From: a virus
Taxonomy: Duplodnaviria > Caudoviricetes
Virus record (IMG/VR): IMGVR_UViG_3300046167_000369
Location: 1-57,312 of that record
Reading direction: 5' to 3' (one strand)
DNA length: 57,312 nucleotides
The notes under the pieces were generated by a model. The model did not search any database. It saw nothing but the letters and a program-made list of their open reading frames with translations, and had not been told where the DNA came from. Shown piece after piece: positions 10,456-17,352 of the stretch. Position numbers and translations under genes: made by a program. Position 1 is the stretch's first letter. Each line of letters starts with the position of its first letter.

Positions 10456-10469
10456 CAAAACCAAACACA

Positions 10470-11246
10470 ATGAACACTAACGAAAAGATCTACAAAGCAT
10501 TCAACAGCAGAGAAACGGTTGAAGTTGAAAACATCTATAAACCATACAAGGAACAAAAGACGTTATTGAGCAAAGGCAATACGAATGCCAAAACTAGCAA
10601 GAATGCAGTTGAGACATACATTTTGTACTTATCGCCGTATACGCAAAATAGCAAGAATATAAACGTTTGCCCCAAAGCAAGTAAAGGATGTGCTGCAGCT
10701 TGTTTGTTCACAGCTGGAAGAGGAAGAATGTCAAACGTTCAAAGTTCAAGAATGAACAAAACTGAGTATTACCTACACGACAAAAGTAAGTTTATCAATC
10801 AACTTGCTAAGGAGATAAAGAAAGCCATTCTGAAAGCTACTGTAAAAGGTAATGACATTGCATTCCGTTTGAACGGTACAAGTGACATTGACTTCATTTA
10901 CCTGCTAAAGAAGTATGCTGATTTCGATGCATTGAATACACCAAATAACGTACATTTCTATGACTATACTGCTATCTTAGGCAAGGCAAGAAAATACAAA
11001 GGTACAAAGTATGCCGTTACATTAAGTAGAAAGGAAGATAACCAAAGTGAGATTGATACGGCAATTGCTGAAGGTATAAATGTCTCTGTAGTATTCGCAA
11101 ATGAATTACCTGCGGAGTACAATGGCGCAAAGGTATTGGATGGCGATATGGCTGATGATTTGATGCTGACCAACAAAGGAATAGTATTGGGATTGAAGGC
11201 GAAAGGAGACGCAAAGAAAGACGAAACCGGATTCGTAGTAAGATAA
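10470..11246 (+). CDS. Phage GP88-like protein (Cys cluster, radical-SAM-like)
   Basis: NVCPKASKGCAAACL, RLNGTSDI, FYDYT, GLKAKG motifs; lies between repeats 4 and 5. Confidence 0.75.
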   Translation: MNTNEKIYKAFNSRETVEVENIYKPYKEQKTLLSKGNTNAKTSKNAVETYILYLSPYTQNSKNINVCPKASKGCAAACLFTAGRGRMSNVQSSRMNKTEYYLHDKSKFINQLAKEIKKAILKATVKGNDIAFRLNGTSDIDFIYLLKKYADFDALNTPNNVHFYDYTAILGKARKYKGTKYAVTLSRKEDNQSEIDTAIAEGINVSVVFANELPAEYNGAKVLDGDMADDLMLTNKGIVLGLKAKGDAKKDETGFVVR

Positions 11247-11251
11247 TTATT

Positions 11252-11276
11252 AACAAGGGGAGCGCAATGCTCCCCA
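11252..11276 (+). repeat. 25-bp hairpin repeat, copy 5
   Basis: Identical to copy 1. Confidence 0.97.
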
Positions 11277-11292
11277 CAAAACCAAATAAGTT

Positions 11293-11502
11293 ATGTATAC
11301 AAGAAACAACAATCAAAATGTTTATAGCATTTTTGTTAACGGAGAGTTTATAAATGGATCAGACAATTATTCATTTGCTATGAACAGAGCGCTAGGTATT
11401 GCTCTTCTTAAAGGATTAGAATTTACGAATACCAAATCAAAACTAATAATCGATAAATGGATTGGTGATGGAGAGACAGTAATAGTAACTAAAAACAAAT
11501 AA
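11293..11502 (+). CDS. Early hypothetical protein, 69 aa
   Basis: ATG 16 nt after repeat 5. Confidence 0.75.
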   Translation: MYTRNNNQNVYSIFVNGEFINGSDNYSFAMNRALGIALLKGLEFTNTKSKLIIDKWIGDGETVIVTKNK

Positions 11503-11505
11503 ATT

Positions 11506-11817
11506 ATGTATACAATAAACGACAAAATGACAGATGAAGTGGTAGTTAGATGTGACTATCTCGATGAAGCAGTTACGATCTTAGATTTGCAATTGAACTT
11601 TGAATCATATGAGATACGAAGAGTAAGTAATATGGCGGAGTTCAGAAAAGGAATCCAGTACATTGCATACGTGAAATGGTACAAAGGAATCCAAAACGAC
11701 AAGACGTACGTTAAAGAGTTCTTGAGTGAATCTCACTATCAAAATTGGGAGAACTTCATTCAGAGTAAAGGAGGAAAGGTAATAGGTATAAACAAAGTAA
11801 AAGATCAAGTATTATGA
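11506..11817 (+). CDS. Hypothetical protein, 103 aa
   Basis: Tightly packed ORF in the operon. Confidence 0.7.
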   Translation: MYTINDKMTDEVVVRCDYLDEAVTILDLQLNFESYEIRRVSNMAEFRKGIQYIAYVKWYKGIQNDKTYVKEFLSESHYQNWENFIQSKGGKVIGINKVKDQVL

Positions 11818-12009
11818 AAACAATTTTAATCACAGGCAGTATTAATCCTATCGTACACAGGCTATGGTAGTGAGGTAAATGAAACAACAACAACAACGTT
11901 TGAATACGTTAAACCAAAGAAAAGAAAGAAGAAGCACAGAAGAAAAAGAAAGTGCTACAACAGTACAATTTTAGTAGGTAATGGTAAGTATAAAAAAAGA
12001 AGGAGATAA
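11814..12009 (+). CDS. Small protein with signal-like N-terminus and K/R-rich tail, one frameshift
   Basis: Removing 1 nt near 11835 gives MKTILITAVLILSYTGYG...KPKKRKKKHRRKRKC...KKRRR. Confidence 0.45.
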
Positions 12010-12012
12010 ACT

Positions 12013-12237
12013 ATGGAAAAGTTATTAGAAGAGTATTTTGATTTAAAGGATATGTTATTGGATTACACAGATGAATTTCACGATGCGATGTTCTATGATA
12101 TCCAAGGCTATTATGAAGAGATTGATCTATCAGATGAGGAAGAATGCAAACACTATACTGAAGTACTAACGAAACAAGTTAACGCATTCAAATCAATCTT
12201 AGAGGCATACAAACAAATAGATTATACATTTTGTTAG
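12013..12237 (+). CDS. Acidic hypothetical protein, 74 aa
   Basis: ORF with an A-rich leader. Confidence 0.7.
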   Translation: MEKLLEEYFDLKDMLLDYTDEFHDAMFYDIQGYYEEIDLSDEEECKHYTEVLTKQVNAFKSILEAYKQIDYTFC

Positions 12238-12265
12238 AACGTAAATAGTTTACGATGTTGAGTCG

Positions 12266-12273
12266 TACATTTG
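12266..12273 (+). promoter_or_regulatory. -7 promoter box TACATTTG
   Basis: Intergenic TAnnTTTG. Confidence 0.55.
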
Positions 12274-12299
12274 AATAAATTAAATTAAACAAAACAATT

Positions 12300-12587
12300 A
12301 TGAAAAAGAAAATCAATCAAGTACAAGCAATGGGAACAATAATTTCTAAGAAGGACGGTAAGTTCTTTGGTGTAAAGTTCATCAAGAAAGATGGAACAAT
12401 TCGTAAGATGTCCTGCAAGAGAGTAGTAAAGAAAGAGATTAACGGCAAGGGAATGTCTTACAATCCATTGGAGAAAGGTTTGATTCCTGTATACGATTTG
12501 AATAAGAAAGGCTATCGAACAATAAACTTAGCCACGATAATCGAATTGAATATGGATGGAGTAAACTACGATGTGATAAACAATTAG
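12300..12587 (+). CDS. SH3/WYL-like beta-barrel phage protein
   Basis: FFGVKFIKKDGTIRKM...VYDLNKKGYRTINL pattern. Confidence 0.6.
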   Translation: MKKKINQVQAMGTIISKKDGKFFGVKFIKKDGTIRKMSCKRVVKKEINGKGMSYNPLEKGLIPVYDLNKKGYRTINLATIIELNMDGVNYDVINN

Positions 12588-12628
12588 ACATTATTTGTAC
12601 GTTAATCAAAAAACATTTATTATATTCA
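12584..12628 (+). promoter_or_regulatory. Second copy of the extended early promoter motif
   Basis: TTAGACA-n4-TTGTAC-n5-TCAAAAA as at 9084; variant -7 box TATATTCA. Confidence 0.55.
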
Positions 12629-12643
12629 CAAAAAAATAAAGCT

Positions 12644-12955
12644 ATGACAATTTACATTTTATTTAACCCAACAGGAACAATAGTAAGATCAACAAGTTCG
12701 TTGGACGATGCAACAATTTGGAAGGCAACAAGAGGAACTTATATGGAGGTATACCACTGCAATTCCAGGGACCTGGGGACATACAAATCTGATGATGAAG
12801 TATGGATAGGCAATGGATTCGGTGAAGAACTTTACTCAGTTGATACGGATGGAAAGATTGATGGAGTAGATATCGATTCGATTAACCTAACGAAAGACTT
12901 TCACAACGAAGTTTTACAGGCAAAAAAAATGGAGGGAAACCACGCCCTCCATTAA
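12644..12955 (+). CDS. Hypothetical protein, 103 aa
   Basis: ORF downstream of the promoter; its 3' end overlaps an antisense terminator. Confidence 0.7.
   Translation: MTIYILFNPTGTIVRSTSSLDDATIWKATRGTYMEVYHCNSRDLGTYKSDDEVWIGNGFGEELYSVDTDGKIDGVDIDSINLTKDFHNEVLQAKKMEGNHALH
12922..12953 (-). terminator. Intrinsic terminator on the minus strand
   Basis: TGGAGGG/CCCTCCA stem followed by T8 on the minus strand. Confidence 0.7.
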
Positions 12956-13030
12956 ACCTAATAACAATAAACCTTTAAGAAACTAAGGGAACATAAATAA
13001 ATAAATAATTTAATCTGCTCTCGTTAGCAG
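12922..13030 (-). ncRNA. Candidate ~110-nt antisense small RNA
   Basis: Minus-strand TATATTTG at 13041..13034, 5' hairpin CTGCT-AACGAG-AGCAG, terminator at the 3' end; no ORF. Confidence 0.5.
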
Positions 13031-13060
13031 GTACAAATATAACTAAAAAAACAATAAACT

Positions 13061-13582
13061 ATGCAACAAGTAATAATAGATTTCGGAGGATTTTATGGAT
13101 CACTTCACGAAGCATTCATCGAAGATGCGATGTGGGCTGATGACGATGGAGGTGAAAGCCTTACGGACAGTGATGAGAATATTGATTGGGATGCAGTCAA
13201 AGATACATATAGCGAGGCTTACTTAGACAAGCTATGTGAGTTCACTGCATTCGAGTTGGGAATGGAAAGCATTCACATAAATTACAAAGGACTTGACAGT
13301 CCAAGTTATTATAACTTCACAACAGATGTTATTATAGGTGAGATATCGGATGAACATTCACTTGAGATGATGAGTGCGATACAAAAGGACGATTCTTTCT
13401 TGGAGTACATACAGGAGAGAACAAATAGTTACGATGGATACATTTCATTATACACGTTTGATGAGGTACTTGAGAACAAGGACAATACACTTATAGAATT
13501 TACGCTTGATTTTATGGCAGGTAAGTACAACGAAGAAGAATTATTTAATGATCACTCAGAATTAATAGAAGCAATACTATGA
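13061..13582 (+). CDS. Highly acidic hypothetical protein, 173 aa
   Basis: FGGFYGSLH and SPSYYNFTTD motifs; D/E-rich. Confidence 0.75.
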   Translation: MQQVIIDFGGFYGSLHEAFIEDAMWADDDGGESLTDSDENIDWDAVKDTYSEAYLDKLCEFTAFELGMESIHINYKGLDSPSYYNFTTDVIIGEISDEHSLEMMSAIQKDDSFLEYIQERTNSYDGYISLYTFDEVLENKDNTLIEFTLDFMAGKYNEEELFNDHSELIEAIL

Positions 13583-14103
13583 AAAAGATGATAATAATAA
13601 TTGCACTTGCAGGAGCAGGATGCATAGAGGAAACAACGAGAGAGGTTGTTGATAAGCCAATTGAAACTGTGGAGATTGAGCAGGTAGTTGATACGGTTGT
13701 ACAAGATACTGTACAAGTAAAGACTATCTGGGAGCAGTTTGTTGATGCGGTTATATTTGTTGAGAGCATTGACAACGACAGTGCGTACAACCACAGAGAG
13801 AGGGCAGTAGGATGCCTACAGATTAGACCAATAATGGTACGTGAGGTGAACAGGGTTCTAAAGAAAAGCAAAATAAATCTAAGGTACACAATGGATGACA
13901 GGTGGAGCAGGGAGAAGTCCATCGAGATGTTTGAGATTATGGCTGAACAGGTTGAGTGCTGTGAGGGATTGGAGTTTATGGAGTTCTGTGAGATCGTAGC
14001 AAGGAAGTGGAATGGTGGTGGAAGAGGACACAAAAAGAAATCAACGTTAGTTTATTGGAATAAAGTGAAGAATAAATTAGGAAATGTACAACCTATAGAT
14101 TAA
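13579..14103 (+). CDS. Lysozyme-fold (SLT / i-type-like) enzyme with putative lipoprotein signal
   Basis: MKK-hydrophobic-AGAGC; IFVES, AVGCLQIRP and ARKWNGG motifs. Confidence 0.7.
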   Translation: MKKMIIIIALAGAGCIEETTREVVDKPIETVEIEQVVDTVVQDTVQVKTIWEQFVDAVIFVESIDNDSAYNHRERAVGCLQIRPIMVREVNRVLKKSKINLRYTMDDRWSREKSIEMFEIMAEQVECCEGLEFMEFCEIVARKWNGGGRGHKKKSTLVYWNKVKNKLGNVQPID

Positions 14104-14108
14104 ATTTG
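14101..14108 (+). promoter_or_regulatory. -7 promoter box TAAATTTG
   Basis: TAnnTTTG 22 nt before the ATG at 14131. Confidence 0.5.
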
Positions 14109-14130
14109 TACTAAATTAAACATAAACCAA

Positions 14131-14313
14131 ATGAAAAATAAATTGATTCATAAATTGACTTTGCTTGATGTTAGCCTATATAGAAAATCAGGGTTATCAG
14201 ATGCAGATAGTAAATATAAAAAAGAGCCGTTACATTTTAGAAGTATACTTTTCGATATTTATTCAAAACTAAGTATCGAAGATATTGAACAAATAATAAA
14301 CCTTAAAAAATAA
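14131..14313 (+). CDS. Hypothetical protein, 60 aa
   Basis: ORF in the operon. Confidence 0.6.
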   Translation: MKNKLIHKLTLLDVSLYRKSGLSDADSKYKKEPLHFRSILFDIYSKLSIEDIEQIINLKK

Positions 14314-14317
14314 CCAA

Positions 14318-14635
14318 ATGATAAAGATAACCAAAGACAATTTCGTATGGCTTGACGTAACTAAGCAGTGCGTATCACAGGTAAAGACCAAAGAATTATT
14401 TGATGCACAGGTATTGTATGAAGTATTTGACGATGATAGTGAGAGTTTGATTGAAGACCCTGTACTCGTTAAGTATGCGATACAGAGAGGATCAAGAATA
14501 TGCATCGAGGTAGGTGAACTACCAAAGAAATACCAACCTAAGGAAGTTTGGGATGGAACGGACAAGGAGTTAATAGACGGACATTGGTTCGTAAAGATGG
14601 CAAACATTTTAAACATAAAAAATGAAGACAATTAA
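14318..14635 (+). CDS. Hypothetical protein, 105 aa
   Basis: ORF in the operon. Confidence 0.7.
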   Translation: MIKITKDNFVWLDVTKQCVSQVKTKELFDAQVLYEVFDDDSESLIEDPVLVKYAIQRGSRICIEVGELPKKYQPKEVWDGTDKELIDGHWFVKMANILNIKNEDN

Positions 14636-15497
14636 AATTAAAGATAGAGAAGACAAGGTATTATTCACCCATACTTGTGACAACAACACTATCACAATAA
14701 CATTGGAGAAAGCAGTAAGTGAGGGTGCTGATTTAACAAATGCTAATTTAGAATGTGCTGATTTAGAAGGTGCTTATTTAAGAGATGCTAATTTAGAAGG
14801 TGCTGATTTAAGAGGTGCTGATTTAACAAATGCTAATTTAGAAGGTTCTTATTTAAGAAAAGCTGATTTAAGAAAAGCTGATTTAAGAGGTGCTGATTTA
14901 ACATATGCTGATTTAGAACGTGCTAATTTAACAGGTGCTGATTTATACGGTACTTATTTAAGATATGCTAATTTAGAATGTGCTGATTTAACAGATGCTG
15001 ATTTAAGAGAAGCTAATTTAACAGGTGCTAATTTAAGAGATGTTTGGTTAAGAGAAGCTAATTTAAGATATGCTGATTTAACAGGTGCTTGGTTAAAAAA
15101 TGCTGACTTAATAGATGCTCATTTAAGATATGCTAATTTAACAGATGCTGATTTAACAAATGCTAATTTAACAGGTGCTGATTTAACAGGTGCTAATTTA
15201 ACAGGTGCTGATTTAACAAATGCTGATTTAGAAGATGTTATAAATAACCCATTAAAAAAAGATCCACAAGACAAGGTAGTAACTAAAGTTATAAACTCAT
15301 TTAGAGAACGCTCAGAGCAGGGAATAAATAAATATGGTACAACCCTACAGAGAGATGACTTGAGTCCATTAGAATGGATGCAACACCTACAGGAGGAGTT
15401 GATGGATGCAACACTATACATTGAGGTATTAAAAAGTAAACTAATAAAGTTAGAAATTAAAGAAGCTGAAGACAAGGTGTCTGACGTATGTGATTAA
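14622..15497 (+). CDS. Pentapeptide-repeat protein fused to a C-terminal helical (MazG/NTP-PPase-like) domain
   Basis: About 34 A(D/N)Lxx repeats, then KYGTTLQRDDL...EWMQHLQEELMDATLY. Confidence 0.8.
   Translation: MKTIKIKDREDKVLFTHTCDNNTITITLEKAVSEGADLTNANLECADLEGAYLRDANLEGADLRGADLTNANLEGSYLRKADLRKADLRGADLTYADLERANLTGADLYGTYLRYANLECADLTDADLREANLTGANLRDVWLREANLRYADLTGAWLKNADLIDAHLRYANLTDADLTNANLTGADLTGANLTGADLTNADLEDVINNPLKKDPQDKVVTKVINSFRERSEQGINKYGTTLQRDDLSPLEWMQHLQEELMDATLYIEVLKSKLIKLEIKEAEDKVSDVCD
14727..15236 (+). repeat. 15-bp-period coding tandem repeat (GCT(G/A)ATTTAnnnnnn)
   Basis: Encodes the pentapeptide repeats. Confidence 0.9.
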
Positions 15498-15514
15498 CAA
15501 TTAAATAAAGTAAA

Positions 15515-15631
15515 ATGAAAGAAGAAAAAGAAGAAAAGGAAGACAACGTAGAAATGGGACTTGGATTAATCCAAGGAGTAATTGGATTAGGTTTATTAAT
15601 CTATGCGGTGTATGTATTATTAACAATGTAA
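15515..15631 (+). CDS. Small membrane protein, 38 aa
   Basis: MKEEKEEKEDNVEMGLGLIQGVIGLGLLIYAVYVLLTM. Confidence 0.5.
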   Translation: MKEEKEEKEDNVEMGLGLIQGVIGLGLLIYAVYVLLTM

Positions 15632-15907
15632 AACAACATCGGTATGATTAATTTATTAGAAAATATAATTGATTACTACTCAGAGGAAGAGTTCTTAAAA
15701 GCCGATGGGTTTGATGATGCCGTAATTGGAGTTGAGTTAAATTCAATGCGACTAATATATTCAATGACAAGATGTATAGAGATTCTTGTTGAGGAAGGTA
15801 TGTCAGTAGAGGACGCATTGGATCACTTCCACTACAATGTATCGTCAGCATACGTGGGAGAGAAGACTCCCATATGGTCGGATGATATGTATTATTAACA
15901 ATGTAAA
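15611..15907 (+). repeat. Exact 22-bp direct repeats TATGTATTATTAACAATGTAAA (15611-15632 and 15886-15907)
   Basis: They flank ORF 15644..15898. Confidence 0.9.
15644..15898 (+). CDS. Phage hypothetical protein, 84 aa
   Basis: LKADGFDDAVIGV...YNVSSAYVGEKTPI. Confidence 0.8.
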   Translation: MINLLENIIDYYSEEEFLKADGFDDAVIGVELNSMRLIYSMTRCIEILVEEGMSVEDALDHFHYNVSSAYVGEKTPIWSDDMYY

Positions 15908-16025
15908 TTAAATTAAATGTCAAAGTCTAAACAGACGTTCACGAGTATACGAGAGGAGCAATCCAACAACGGAGAGTTCGACATCCTATACGAAGAACAG
16001 GAACAGATGATAAAATCAAATCAAA

Positions 16026-16322
16026 ATGAAGAAAGAAATATTTAACAAGTACGTAGATAGGGTATGCCATATACTTGATATGGATGAAGATACACTATTC
16101 TCCAGAACAAAGAAAAGAGAATCCGTAGATGGAAGGCTATTGCTTTACTACCTATGCCACAAGAGAGATATGAATATAGTTTATATCCAAAAGCATATGC
16201 TAAACAAGGGTCTGAATATCAGCAGGTCATCCATATACAATGGAATAGATAGAGCAGGTCGTATGATAAGTGGTGACAAGGACTACAAGAAAACAATCAA
16301 AGATTTGCAGGATGGCATATAG
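16026..16322 (+). CDS. DnaA domain IV-like helix-turn-helix protein
   Basis: LFSRTKKRESVDGRLLLYYLC...SRSSIYNGIDR resembles the DnaA C-terminal pattern. Confidence 0.6.
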   Translation: MKKEIFNKYVDRVCHILDMDEDTLFSRTKKRESVDGRLLLYYLCHKRDMNIVYIQKHMLNKGLNISRSSIYNGIDRAGRMISGDKDYKKTIKDLQDGI

Positions 16323-16749
16323 CATAGAAGAGGTGTTCGATCAAGCAAGTAACGATAACTACGCTATATCTATGACAGGCTACAACTCTGAGTCTCATAT
16401 GGTATATGGCATAAAGATAATGAAGGACACATCCAACAACGAGATAAGGCTACTTGACACTATGAGACGTGGGGATCATTTTATTCCACTGACGAAAAAA
16501 GAAGTAGAAATATTCTTAGAAAATGGTTGGAGATATGGTGTGTATGTATTATCTTTGGACAATTATCGTACAAAGCTTGACAAGATAGAACAAAGAATAC
16601 AGAAGTGTATAGCCGAAAAGAAATCATCAAAACAAATATCAATACAAAAATCAAGTAGAGAAAGGATACTAAAGAAGTATTCAGAAATTAATCTTAAATT
16701 AAATCAATTAAATTATGGCAACAACAAAGAAAAAGCAGACAACATTTGA
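16312..16749 (+). CDS. Hypothetical protein
   Basis: Likely start MAYSIEEV; C-terminal coiled coil; contains TATCTTTG at 16550-16557. Confidence 0.7.
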   Translation: MAYSIEEVFDQASNDNYAISMTGYNSESHMVYGIKIMKDTSNNEIRLLDTMRRGDHFIPLTKKEVEIFLENGWRYGVYVLSLDNYRTKLDKIEQRIQKCIAEKKSSKQISIQKSSRERILKKYSEINLKLNQLNYGNNKEKADNI

Positions 16750-17350
16750 AAAGCTATCTGCTATCAACGTAAACAAATTCATCGAGAAGAAGAACGGATT
16801 GACATACCTGTCGTGGGCTTGGGCTTGGAGTGAGACAAAGAAGAACTGTCCAGACGCTACATACCAAGTGGGTGAGACAGAGTACGATGAGGCTACAGGC
16901 TTTATGTGTCACACAAGTGTAACTATAGATGGCGAGACATTGGAGATGTGGCTACCTGTTATGGACGGCAAGAACCAAGCGATGAAGAAAGAACCTTACA
17001 CGTACACCACACGCTACGGACAGAAGGAAGTGGCGGCAGCCACATCATTCGACATCAACAAGACACTTATGAGATGCTTGGTTAAGAACCTTGCGATGTT
17101 TGGTTTAGGTATCTACATCTATGCAGGAGAAGATATGCCTGCAACAACTACTGAAGAGGTTGCATCTGCACCTGCAAAGAAAGCTACAGGTGGTACTGAA
17201 CTAAAGGTAGGAGATCCTAAGTGGGAATCAATGGCTAAGTTCTGTAAGGAGAACAAGGCGTTGGGATACAAGAAGCTATGTGATAAGATTGAAGCCAAGT
17301 ACAAACTATCAGAGGGTGCTAAGGAAGAGATTAAAAAGATAATCAAGTAG
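16715..17350 (+). CDS. Single-strand annealing protein (Sak/Rad52-like, DUF1071-type)
   Basis: IEKKNGLTYLSWAWAW, MWLPVMD, RCLVKNLAMFGLGIYIYAGED. Confidence 0.85.
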   Translation: MATTKKKQTTFEKLSAINVNKFIEKKNGLTYLSWAWAWSETKKNCPDATYQVGETEYDEATGFMCHTSVTIDGETLEMWLPVMDGKNQAMKKEPYTYTTRYGQKEVAAATSFDINKTLMRCLVKNLAMFGLGIYIYAGEDMPATTTEEVASAPAKKATGGTELKVGDPKWESMAKFCKENKALGYKKLCDKIEAKYKLSEGAKEEIKKIIK

Positions 17351-17352
17351 CT

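Noticed and set aside
9389-10469. ATG inside the repeat used as start codon (ORF-track starts 9389 and 10446)
   Set aside because: It is in frame with the downstream gene in only 2 of 5 copies and sits within the hairpin; the downstream ATGs have typical A-rich leaders.
9374-11276. Hairpin repeat array as a CRISPR array
   Set aside because: The intervals between copies are 266-796 bp whole genes of unequal length, and no cas genes are present.
9374-11276. Repeats as integron attC sites or N4-type virion RNA polymerase promoters
   Set aside because: No tyrosine recombinase or attC R-box architecture was seen, and no RNA polymerase motif was found in the giant protein. Kept only as analogies.
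14727-15236. 15-bp tandem repeat as a non-coding array or DGR template
   Set aside because: Fully explained by pentapeptide coding; no reverse transcriptase in the window.
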